A stretch of DNA of 64,000 bases from a virus: the IMG/VR virus record IMGVR_UViG_3300032308_002246, positions 32,001 through 96,000 of that record; one strand, 5' to 3'. Below the pieces are notes generated by a model. That model saw only the letters and a list, made by a program, of their open reading frames with translations, ran no database searches and was not told where the DNA came from. Positions 18,217-30,200 of the stretch are shown piece after piece. A program made the translations under genes and the position numbers. Positions within the stretch are counted from its first letter, which is position 1; every line of letters starts with the position of its first letter.

Positions 18217-21200
18217 CTATCTTCCTCTATCAAAATTTGCAAAGTCAAAGAGTTTAGGGTCCATTACTTCCAGCTGCTCATTAATTGCTCTTCTAGCAAT
18301 CATGATTGGGTTCATTGGGTCATTGGTAGTGTCGTAAACAAATAGCTCATCAAAGAATGGGTCTAGGTTTGGCAACTGGAAGTAAAGCGTCCTGTTTATA
18401 GCTGGAGGAATCCAGTCAGGAACCATTCTTCCGGTTCTTTCAAATCTTTCTGCATTTCTTTCCAGAATTACATCATCTGGCGAGAAGAAGTAGTGAGCAA
18501 CAACTTTATATCCAGCATTTTTCCAGTTGATGAGGTCTCTATTGCCGTCATTAAACTGACCGCTTGTATCATAAGTCATATCTACGCCCTCTGAAGCAGC
18601 CCTCCTCATTAGTGAGGCGGCCAATGCACGAGACTCTGTGTGGGTAAGGTTGGCAGCATCAGGTAGACGCTTTTCAAACCAGTAACGTGCTTCAGGCATA
18701 ATCATTTTTGCATCATCTGGGTCAACAACTACTGCATCTTCGTATGAAGGTATTCCTGCAAAGTTTGTATTTCTAGCATTTGTTTTGCCGGTTCCAGAAG
18801 CTCCGCCAAGCACATAAACAGTTGGCTGTTCATTGCCACTATCAAACTCAGGTTTTGACACTCTTGCAATGCTGTTTTCTATGTAAGGAACCCAGAGGCC
18901 GTTGTATCTGTCATCAGAAACTCTGTTGCCATTAAGTCTATATTTTTGCGATGTAGAAATTGGGTCTGATGAATTCAGTTCATCAATTGAATATCCAGAC
19001 TGGTATCCAAGCAGGTCGAGGTCTTCTGCAAGAGACTTATCAACTATTGGTCGTGATGGTTTTGCAACCTTTCCAACAGGACCATCTGGATTCCAGGAGT
19101 CACTCTTGAAATCAACGCCCCAAGGCATCAAAGGATGCGGCATCTTGTCATTTGGCAAGAATCTTTCAGCATCTTTTTCAGCTCGTATTTTATTTATTCT
19201 TGCAATTATTCTCTGGTTTCTTATTCTTTGTGCTTTTGCAAGTATGTTCAGTCTCATTGCTAATGACATTCTCAGGTCGCTAAATGGGTCAGCAGAATTT
19301 GAGCCTTCATAATCCTTGCCCATTTTTGCTACAGCTCTTCTCAACCATTCTGCATGTCCAAATGCGATTGGGTACTTGCCTCTTGCTATATCTTCAAGTG
19401 GAACCCAATTTGCAGCTTTCGCATCTGAAGCAGCCGTTACATTTGAATCCCATGGAACAACAAACAAGCCGGCACCAACTCGTGCGCCCTTAACAAATCG
19501 TGGGTCCCAGTCTGGTGATGTAATAATTCCAAGTGGTTTGGCTTCAATTGATGACTCAAGGTCAATTCCAACCTCTTCCAAACCCTCTCTTGTAGCAGTG
19601 GTCATGTAGTCTTCGTTTCCGTCTCGCAATCCTCCAACAAGGGCTTTTGCGTTTGTAAACGGTCCACTCTTTCTGTCAATCATAAGCACTTCAGCTGAGC
19701 GCAAGTCGTTATTGTTCATTCTTATGATTACAGCATCTGAAGCTTGTGTCAATTTGTTTTTAGCAAGAGACCAGTTGTTAGTAGACCATGTAACATCCTC
19801 ATCATCTCCAGATGTGAGGTTTTTACTAATGTCCAGCGGTGAGTAGTTTGACTGTAGATAAGCCGCTCTCCTCAAGTTGTCCGAAGCTATGTCTCGAGGT
19901 CCGTAAACAGTTTCGTAGTACTCGTCCTGTGGTTGCATCTCAGGCATTCCATAGATACCTTCAAATGACTTAATCAAACCATCAAATGTCGACATACTTC
20001 CGGTTGGGGAATCATCGTTGAACAGTTCAATGTGCTTGTCGTTGTTGAATATTGATTTTGCTTTGGCTACCAGGTCTGTGTAATTCTTATAGTCTTTACC
20101 AGAGCGGTCAACCATTGCCTCTATGAGATTTGAACGATAGGCAATCGCCCCAACTATGTCCGATGGCTCTTCTCCTATTTCTCCGTAAATGAATGAAGAG
20201 TTGGTAGGGAGGATTGAGTCTGACGCAAAAGGGGATGCGCCTTCACGGAAGTCGTACGCTGGAATACTCCTGTTAGCCACACCAGATACATACAGGTCCA
20301 TCAACCTTTGTAGTTCTTGTACTTGCTCTGAGTCGGAAGCGGTGTTGTTCCTGATTGCTGGGTTTCTATCTCTGTTGAACCACAGGTTGGATGAGTTGTT
20401 TTCAGCTCTTAGTGCTTCAAGCTCTCTATCTTTTTGCAAAATTGCGTCCCTAGCAATACCCATTTTCCCAACTGGTCCACTCTCATTTGGGAAACGACCC
20501 ATTGAGAATCTCTTTAGAGTAGAAATGCTCTCAGCAAGAAGCTCTGCTTTGCTAGTTCCAAGAGATTGAAGAATATTGGAAAGACCATCATCTCGTCCGT
20601 CTTCTGTTTTTGCAATAGCTGCAATTAAATGCTCTGTGTCAATGATGTTTTCACCACGATTGAGTGCCTCACGAACTGAGTTAATCATTGTTTTTCTAGC
20701 ACCAAAACTTAATGAAATTACTTTTTCTGCGTTTTCATCTAGGTTTTGGGTTGTTGCGTTATTGACTGCATTACGCAAGTCGTTTACATCGATTCCAAGT
20801 CTGTTAAGAACTCTTCCGGCGATGCTTTGATTTACAGATTTCTTGCCAATGTTTTCTCTAGCAAGACCCAAAAGAAGATGCGGTATGGTTACCTCGCTGG
20901 ACTTGCCAAGTTTGGCTTCTTCGTGTGCGTGCACAACCGAAAGGATATTTGGCTTTGTGTATCTGTTTAGAGCCATTTTCCCTATAGGTCCATCATTAGG
21001 TGGAACAATTCTATTGTCACCAAGCTCTGATGATTCGGTAAAGAAGTTCTTTGGTATTTCATCCTCTGATGAATAGTATTCGTATGTTAAATCTTCATAT
21101 CCATTGTCATTCAACCAAGAATCAAATGTTTTTAGATTTTTAAACTTTCGTGGAGATGAAAATGTTGAATCTGGAGCCGCATCAATTACTTCACGCTTGT

Positions 21201-24200
21201 ATCGAGGCATCAAGGAGTTTCTTTGTGTTCTCTTGTCTTCTGCTTTTATGAACTGTGCAATTTTGTCAAAAGCATCACCAACACTAATTGTTGAATCAAA
21301 AAAGTTTAAGTATTCGCCAAATTTTTCAGCTATTGCAGACGATGCAAAATCTCGGATGAATGAAAAAGCCTGATTTTCGTCGTTTGTATTCAACGCATCA
21401 ATAACTTTCATTGTGAGACCATCAATTGTGTCAGCTATTTCTTCTGCACCAATTTCCTGCGCAAAACCATTCAAAGCACCAAGAATTTCTATGGCTCTTA
21501 TTGAGTCATTGCGATTTGCTCTTAGTTGCTCTATTTGTTCAAAAACTGAATCCATTGGCGTCATTACTTCATTTAATGCACCCTGCGTTCTTCTTAGATT
21601 ATTTATTGCAGTTGTATTTTTTTGTGATTCTACGTATCTCTGATATGTTGCTCTGGCGTCTTCATCAAGAGAATTTATTTTTTCTTCTGTGAAAGCATTA
21701 ATTTTTTCAAATCTTTCTGCTTGTCGCGGCGTAAGCATTGAAGCTATATCACCTGACATCACAGGGTATGCATCTGAGGAATTAGACCAATTTACCCATG
21801 GGAAGTATGAGGACATTGTCATATTTTCTGACACTCGTGTTTGATTTTCTTTAAGAGCATCAACTTCCGACCGCAAGAAACCGCTTAACTGAGAATAAGC
21901 CTTTGCAAGAGCAAGTTCATCTTTATTTAGAGATACTCCATCCGAAAGAGTAATTCCGAAAAGCTGTCTTAGCATTGCCGAAGCATTTTCGTCCGGGGAA
22001 TCAGAAAGAGATTCAGTAAGAGCTTTTACATACTCAGAGAACTCGGCTCCTGAATCCATTGCAAGAATATCTTTTGTTGTAATTGGACTATCTGTAGATA
22101 TCTGGCCGTTTTCGTCCTGCCACCAATAAACATCTGGAGATGTCTCGTATTGTTCATACAGAGAATCAACTTCTGCTTCAGTCCCTGGTCTGGCAAACCA
22201 TTTAACATTTTTGTTATATGGTCTTGAGTCTTCAAATCCACTGTAAACAATGTCTGGGCCATATATTGTGAACTTGCCATCAGCTGCTCTTCTAGGAGCA
22301 ACAGAAAGCATGTCAAAAGAGTCATCTGACATCTTTGAGTTAGCAGAAGAAAACTCTATTGCGTCTGCAAAAAGAGCACCCATCGTGTCAGCGAGGTCTT
22401 TTACAGAGTCATACCATCTTTCGGTTTGCTCAGGATTGAGCTGTACAAATTTATCGCCTTTTTCTCTAGCTATATCCTGAAGAACAAATGGTGAACCAAC
22501 TTCATCGTATATTGATTTGAATATTCTGTCCAAATACCACCCAAGCATTTGGTCGTCTGCAACCGTTCTGCCCATGAAGTCAGAAATTGGATACATTGCG
22601 CGGTTGACATCGTTTACCGCGTCAAGCATCATGGAGTGAACGGCAGACATTACCTGTGCGGCTTTGAATTCACGTGTTGTGGCTGTTCTCATCCACTCTT
22701 TTATTCTATTTCTTGAATCCTCGTTTAGTCCAATTCGTTCAAGCTCTGAGTCTCTCGACATCAAACGAACTGCGTCATTAATCCAGTTTGAGTCTCCAGG
22801 TACAAAACCAGCAGTGGTTCTGCCAAGAGCTCTGTAAATCATCATTATGTCTTTAGCAATTGGACTATCAAGCGATGTAATTGATTCGGCATCAATAAAG
22901 CCTGATTCATACTCTATTGCGTCATCTTCGCTTTCAGAATATCCATCTACTCCAAAAGCTTCTGTTATTTCTTGCTCCAAAAGCATTTGGTTATATGATT
23001 CACTCATTATTTTTCGCATTGACCTAATTAGTCCAGGGAATTGACCCTCTTGAATCATGTCAGATACGGATTTGGTTTTGTCATTTTCCAACTCGGGGAA
23101 TACGCTTGGCGCATCCTCATCTGGACCACCTGCAGCTTCGTAAAGCTGTCCACCGAAAGCATGGTATTTGAGCAAATCACCAAGACCGGAGAACCATTTA
23201 ACAAGTGCTTCTTGGTCTTTTGGTTCTCCATCAGAGAACTTACGTGCTTCAACTGGTCCGTAGAACGGGTTTCCAACTATAACTGGCGGTGAATCTGGGA
23301 GGAAAACAGTAACTTCTGGATTGTCTGAGTCCCATTCTGGTGTTGGGCCATTTGACTGAGAAACATCACTTGGTATTCTGCGACTAGCCATTGCCCCTGC
23401 AGGACCAGAAGCCATTGCCTCATATGCATTTCTAAACGATTGTCTTGGCTGTGCGTTTTCTTCCGATGGCTGAATTATTGAGTTCAAAGCAGCCGCGCCT
23501 ATTCCATACTTGCGCATCGCCTGTCTCTTTGACATTCCTGATGCAATGTCATCAACAATTGCTTTTCTGTTTTTCGCAATCCATTCTTGTGAGCCAACAG
23601 AAGATGGAGCTACACCTGACTTCCTAAGCTCGTGAAGCAGATTTCTTACAGTATTTGGGTTAAATCCAGTAGTGTCAACAATATCTGATTCGTTATATCC
23701 TGCCTTAGCAAAGGATGCAACAACATCTCTTCTTGACTCCGGCATTATTGAAGACATAAACTTTGATGCTTCATCAATGCTTGGGTTCTTTTTCCCAACC
23801 TGCTTGTAGAATTCTTCGAGCTTGCCATTTCTTGCAAGGTCTCTAGCAGTTGCCATTTTAGGGTTAATCGTTCGGCCAAGAGCGCTTGATATTTCAGAAT
23901 CAGTTTGTCCAGATTCAATTGATTCAAATACTGGTTTCATTTCCGACCAGTTGCCAGCAATCCAGAGCAGGTCTCCGTCTGGTCCAACTTCTTGTTCTGA
24001 AGCAGCGTAAGCAGGCCATATATTTTCGGGATTTTTACCTATTGAATGGGCGAGCTTCCTAGCTGCATTTACAGAAAGATTAAACTTTCCACTTCTAAGC
24101 TTCTTTGCTGTAGCCGGTGATGTATTTAAAAATACAGCAAAGTTTTCATCGCTTATATTTTGTGAATTTGGAATAGCCTCAATAAATTTTGATGTTGGCA

Positions 24201-27200
24201 AGAATCCGGTTCTTATTAGGTCTGAATCCTTTACACCTCTCCAAGCAAATATTGGGCTCACGCCATTTTCATCGCTTGAATTTGTTCCATAGATGTTTTT
24301 ATCCAAGTCTGCTTTTTTCAAAGCTGCAGCCATAGCTCCATAAGGACCATCCATTGACCCAGATGACTCTATGTCTTCTGCGTTTTGTCGCAAAGCAAAG
24401 TTTCTGGCTTGTTCACCCATTCTCTGCTTGGCTTCATCTGAATTGAGCCAATCTTGTCTTTCACCGTAAGTCATGTAATCCCAGTCATTGGGGAGAGCAG
24501 AGTAGTTCTGGGGGGCTCGCCGTGCTGGTCTTGAAGGCCTATCCCCATCGTTAACTAAAGCCATGTATATGGACTTGGCCGAATCCTGATGAATCCCTGT
24601 TAGGCCAGCGGCGACACGAGGACTCATGTTTGGAAAATCAGCGAACAACCTCATAGCCCGGGCCATTCTTTCCTTAACCGAGCCGAGAGTTTCGTCGTTA
24701 AGTGCAACCAGCTTATAAGCAGAACCCATTCCTCTTGTTTTTGTTATTTCGGGGAATTCTTCATTCAATATTGAATAAGCTGAAGCAAGGGTGTTTGTTG
24801 GTATTAGCTCGTTAAATCTTTGTTGCATTTTTGCATATGATTTTCTAAACTTGTCAGCGTTTTTATAGGCGTTTACTGCATTTGTAAGTCTTGTCTTATC
24901 AAAACCATATTTATCAGCAACTTGACCCAGAGTTAATTTTTGGACATCGTATTTAACACTTGCCAAAAGCGACTCTCTAATCGCAGCAATTGAGAATATT
25001 TCCGTGACTGGAATGTTATTTTTTCTAGCCAAAGAGTATACATCTGCACCGTTATCTATTTCATTGAGAATCTGTGATGTTCTTGATGGCATGCCTTCAG
25101 AAGAATATGTAGCATTAATTAGATTTCTAATATCGTTTTCTTTTTCGGATGCAATCATCTTGCCGACTGAACGATTGTATTCATTCTGTAATACATTTTT
25201 GAGCGTTGTTGGCATGTCTGTTAGTTCATTTGAAAGAGTTCTAACCGCTCCAACAGGAGAAGACTGAATATTCTGTCTAAACGATTCAATTCTTTGTCTT
25301 GCTGTAACATCCCTATTGTCAACTAGGTCAATAGTTTGTATTCCATTAACAGAACGCAATTGTGACAACATCACACTGCTTAATGCTTTTTCTTTTTTGG
25401 TCATTGATATATTAAATGGAGTATAAAGATTTGAAGAATTATCAGCATATTCGTCAAAACCATTTATTGCTCCAGAATCGCCGAACAGGTAGCCAATTTT
25501 TTTCATATTCCCAACAGGGCCTGAGCCGATTACTCCGTCTCCATTGTTGTCGGCAAGATTCTTCATTGATTCGTTTACCGCTCTTTGAGCCATTAGTACA
25601 TTCATGTACTGAGCTGAGTCGGCAACCATATCCTTAAGTTCTGCGGCCCTGCTCATCAACTCGTTCTTTTGCTCAATAATGTCCTGTCTTGCACGCGAGC
25701 TAGCTTCTGCTTTGGTAGAAAATGATTGTATTTCAGCTTGCATTTGCAAAATCTGTGGACCATATTCGGAGTCCCACTGTTGTATCGAAATTAAATAATC
25801 TCTTGGGTTTATTGCTCCTGCACGAAGTTTTTCTTTTTGGCCAACGATAAACATTTCTCTAGCTTTTATTATTGATGAAGTTGCGCTAACTCTTGATAGA
25901 ATTTGTGCACGTATTCTTTCTTGATACTGGCGTGATGTTCTTTCTTCTGCATCGTCAAGTTCATTTATCGCATTGTCAATACTGTAAATTTCGCTAATCA
26001 AATCACCTGAGTTTTGTGTAATTTCAAGAACTTTTGCTAAAGCTTTTACCCTTGATTCTGCCTGTGAACGTGCGTTGGCTGCATTTCTTGCAGCTATCAG
26101 AACTGAATCAAGATTGTCTATTTGGTCATTCTCGCGTAGAGCTGTTTTTATGCCGGCAATAACTGCATCTGGGTAATAGCCATCACGCAAACCAATTTCT
26201 GATTCATCAAGCATTAAACCGCTTGTCATGTCCTTAAGCCATCCATCTCGGAGTGCTTTGCTTGATTTTGCTTTTGAGCGAGCTATTTTTTTCTGTTTAT
26301 CAAGCTCCATTTTCTCAGTAGCGCTAAGTCTTCTTTGCGAAGAGAATGAGCTCATTCCATATCTAGCTCCATTGCCGCTTGAACGATAACGCTGAGGGAC
26401 CACTGGAACTCTTATTGACTCAGCTGCCTTTATTGATTCTTCAAGGTCTTCGCCTTCAAGCCAACCACTTTGGTTCTGCACATAAATCAAAACCTTGTCC
26501 ATGTCAACTAGGCCTGGCTCATCGTTAATTGAACGGAGAAGAGCTTCAGCCTCTGTTCCGTATCTCCCATTTTCGTGGAACCAATCTCTTGTGAAGTAGT
26601 TGTTATTACCACCTATAAAAGACTCGTATCTGTCGTTAAGAGCAGAAGCTATTGGGTGTCTGTCTGGGTTGAAGTTTGATGGACGGAGCGACTCATCCTC
26701 ATCCATTTCTGGGTTATATACTCCAGAATCTTGTTCGTTGGACTCGTCTGCGCCAATGCCCTGTACGGAAACAGCGTCGTATCCGGTTAATCTCTGTGGT
26801 GCGTAAATGAGTTGACCATTTTTGAGTTTTCTGAACTCAGTGTTTTCAAAAGACTCATCGACTAGTCCATTTATTTCATTTACTAGTGTTTCTTCAATCT
26901 GTGGGTCAATTGCAATTTCATCAGGGCTTGTGTAGAAAAATCCATCAGGTGTATTAATTCCACGAACACCAAGTGCATCAATTGCGGCTTGCTCTATGTA
27001 CCCAAACTCATTTTTAGCCTGCTCATCATGCTTTCTGTGAGGATTAAGCGCAGCCTCTAGGAGTGCTTGTGCTTTTTGAGTTAATCCAGATGGCTTTCTT
27101 GCCATTGACCCAACTGGGGAATCGGAGAATTCATCATCGTCCCAGTCGTCTGGAGCATCAGCAAAGTCATCTTCTGGAGATATTCTACCAGCTCTGATAT

Positions 27201-30200
27201 CTCGTATTCTTCTTTGGTTTGCTTCAAACTCTTCTTCTGCTTTGCGAACTGTCTCAATTTCTTCAGGTGACATGTTTCTGTACTGGCTCAACAAGTCCGA
27301 AACTGCATCGTCCATCTTGTCACCAGCATCGCTTACTATCGCAGAAATTTCATCATCAATTCTTTGGATTCTTCTGCGTTGTACAGCCTTAGGGGTTTTT
27401 TCTGAATTTAGTTTTCTCAAAGCCTCGGTGTACTCACCTTTCCCAAGCAATGACCTACCACCGGACAGGAAGTAGTCAACAAGGGAGACATATTCTCGTC
27501 TATCTTCTGGTGTCAGGTTTTCAAGTGAAGATACTCCAAAAGATTCTGAAATTGCGTCCGAGATGAGCATATTCACATCATCGGCAGAATATCCTTCTGA
27601 GTCAACAAAACCACCCAAACCATAAATTGATTTCTTGAATTTCTCGCCAAGCCTATTCAGAGCTTGCTGTGTTCTTTCGGCTGCAGCTTTTTGGCTCCTC
27701 TTTCTTATCAATGAGCCTGGACCAGTTCCACCGATTCTATAGAGACTTGGGAATATGTATTTAGCCCAAAGCTTTCTAATCTGTTCGTCGGTTAGTGAAT
27801 CTATTATTTCTTTTGCAGACTCAGAAGTGCCATCGTATTTTGAGATTAGTTCGGATTGTTTTTTCTCAAGTGCACTTTGTGTTGTGCCTGCTGGAGTTGA
27901 TGCAACATAAACCTCTCTGGTTCCTATTCCATCAACTGGGTTTGATTCTACAAACCGCTGTAGTTGATTCTTGACTTTTTCAGGAGATTCTTCGGAAAGC
28001 GCTATTTCAGCAAATAATCTATTTACTCTATCCTTCTTGTCGTTTTCCGAAGCCTTCAACAAAGCTGATGTTTCATTGTTCGCAGAGAACAATGGCGCTG
28101 CTGCATTGAACCATAGTCTTGAGATTGGCTGAGTAGAAGATGCGTCCTCAACATATCTTGAAAGAGATTCGTAGGCGTCATCTTCTTCAATTTCGCTGTT
28201 CTGTATCTTTCTAAGCAATTCATTTGCACCGTCAGTGAGTGTGTCGGCAACTTCACCTACATATTGCCTAATCTTGTTTCTTCCTTCCTCAGTTTGTGAA
28301 AGCTTTGCTATAGCTACAGAAGTTTGTCTTATTAGCGAAGCTCTTTGCATTTGAAGGTTTTGATTATCAAATGAATTCTTTGTGTAATCTGAAACACTGA
28401 ATGATTTTCTTAAAGCATCAAGTTGTTGCTCGGACATTGAGTCAACTAGCTCTTTTGCAGAAGATGGACTTCCGTCAAATGCTTCTATTAGAATGTCTTG
28501 ACTCATTTGCTCAGGCGTTTTAATCAAATCACGTGAGCTTGGACTTGCCGGCACTGTTACTTTTGGAAGCGATTCAACAATTCTAAGTATTTCTTGTCTT
28601 GTTTCATCTTTGTCACCCAATTCTCCACCAAGCATTGAAACAAGAGTTTCTCTGTCTAGTTGGTCTTCAACCTGTGCAACAACAGCCATCTCTTTTGGTG
28701 AAAGTATTTCATTTAAGTCTGAATCAAGCATTTCAGGTGGCCATGATTCAGGATAGCGAGGAGTAATTTCATCTCCTCTAGCAGCTTTTGACAACGCAGT
28801 TCTTATTCTTGATTCAAAGTTCTTTACTGATTCTTCATTTGAAGCATCAGGGAATTTTGAAGATATTTCTTCAAACATTTCCATAACCGCTCTGTCGCCG
28901 AGCGATTTGATATGAAAAGAAAGACTGCCGGATTGTTTTTCTGCAATAGGCCGATATGCATTTGTAAGGTCAAATGGGCCAAATCTTACCCAGTCTTCTT
29001 CAACTATGTTCTCAAGTTGCTGGCGGGCCCACTGTGCTCTTCTGAATGCGTTTTCTTGCTCTGGGGTCATGTCTTTTGCTCTTTGTATTGAGCGTAGAGT
29101 TCTGGCAGCTTCAAATTCGTCTCGCAGATTTTCGCTTGGCCTGCCTGTATTGGAGCTCATACTTCCAACTGCGCTGGTTTCAATGAACTGCGAGCCACCA
29201 GATTCTGCTGTGTAGTTGTTTACAGTGTTAATAACTTCGTCAACGGCATCATTGCTCCAAATCTCATAGCCATTTTCTTTGGTGCTAAGCAGTTCTTTTA
29301 TTTCTCCAAATTTAAGAACTCTTGTTCCATCGTTAAGCATTGAAACAATTTCTACTGCTTCTGACACCTCATTATCTGTTATTCCATCAAGCTTTGATGC
29401 TTCTGGCTTAAGGCTCTTAAGAACTTCGGGGAAGTTTTCTCGCAGGAATTTACCGATTTGTTCTCTGTTTAATGTTTCTGGCAATGCCAGTTCTTCGGCG
29501 TTTTGATTAAAAACATTAGAAAGAGATTCAAGTGAATGGCCTCTATTGGCAATTGACGGCTGAATTCTTCTGAAGAAGTCATTTGCAAGACCCTTCATTG
29601 TTGCTGGGAACTCAATTTCCGCAGTTTCTCCACTTTCTGTTTCTAGAGGGTATTGACTCTTGGGCACCTTCCCGCCTGTTGAACGTGATACAAAATCATA
29701 AATGTCACGAACACGTTTTCTTAATTCATTTCTCATTTTCGTGTCATCGTTATCTAGACCAAATCTAACTCCAACTTCATTACCGTTAGATGAACTTATG
29801 GTCATGTATGGATTTCTAATCCACGATTGATAAACTGTCTCAAATGTTTCAGGGTTAAGTTCTGGATGAATCGCCCCAAGTATTTGTTTCATAGAATTTG
29901 CATCTGCGTTTATATCGCTTGGCGTGCCGGCAAATTTAACCAATTTGTCGCCATGAAAGGTTACGAAAAATGGATGTTTTTCAAGTTTGGTTGGATACAA
30001 GCCAATTTTTTCCAGTAATCCGGAATCGTTTAGTTCTTTAACTTTTTGGAAGCTCGAAGATATTCCAAAGCTAGACGGAAGCCCTACATAGCCCTTTCCT
30101 AATTTCCTTTTGTTTGCTGTTTGCAAATATTTAAGTCTTGAATTTTCATCTTTCCAATAGAATGCGAGATTGTTCCCGTCAAACATTGTGAGACTTGGAT

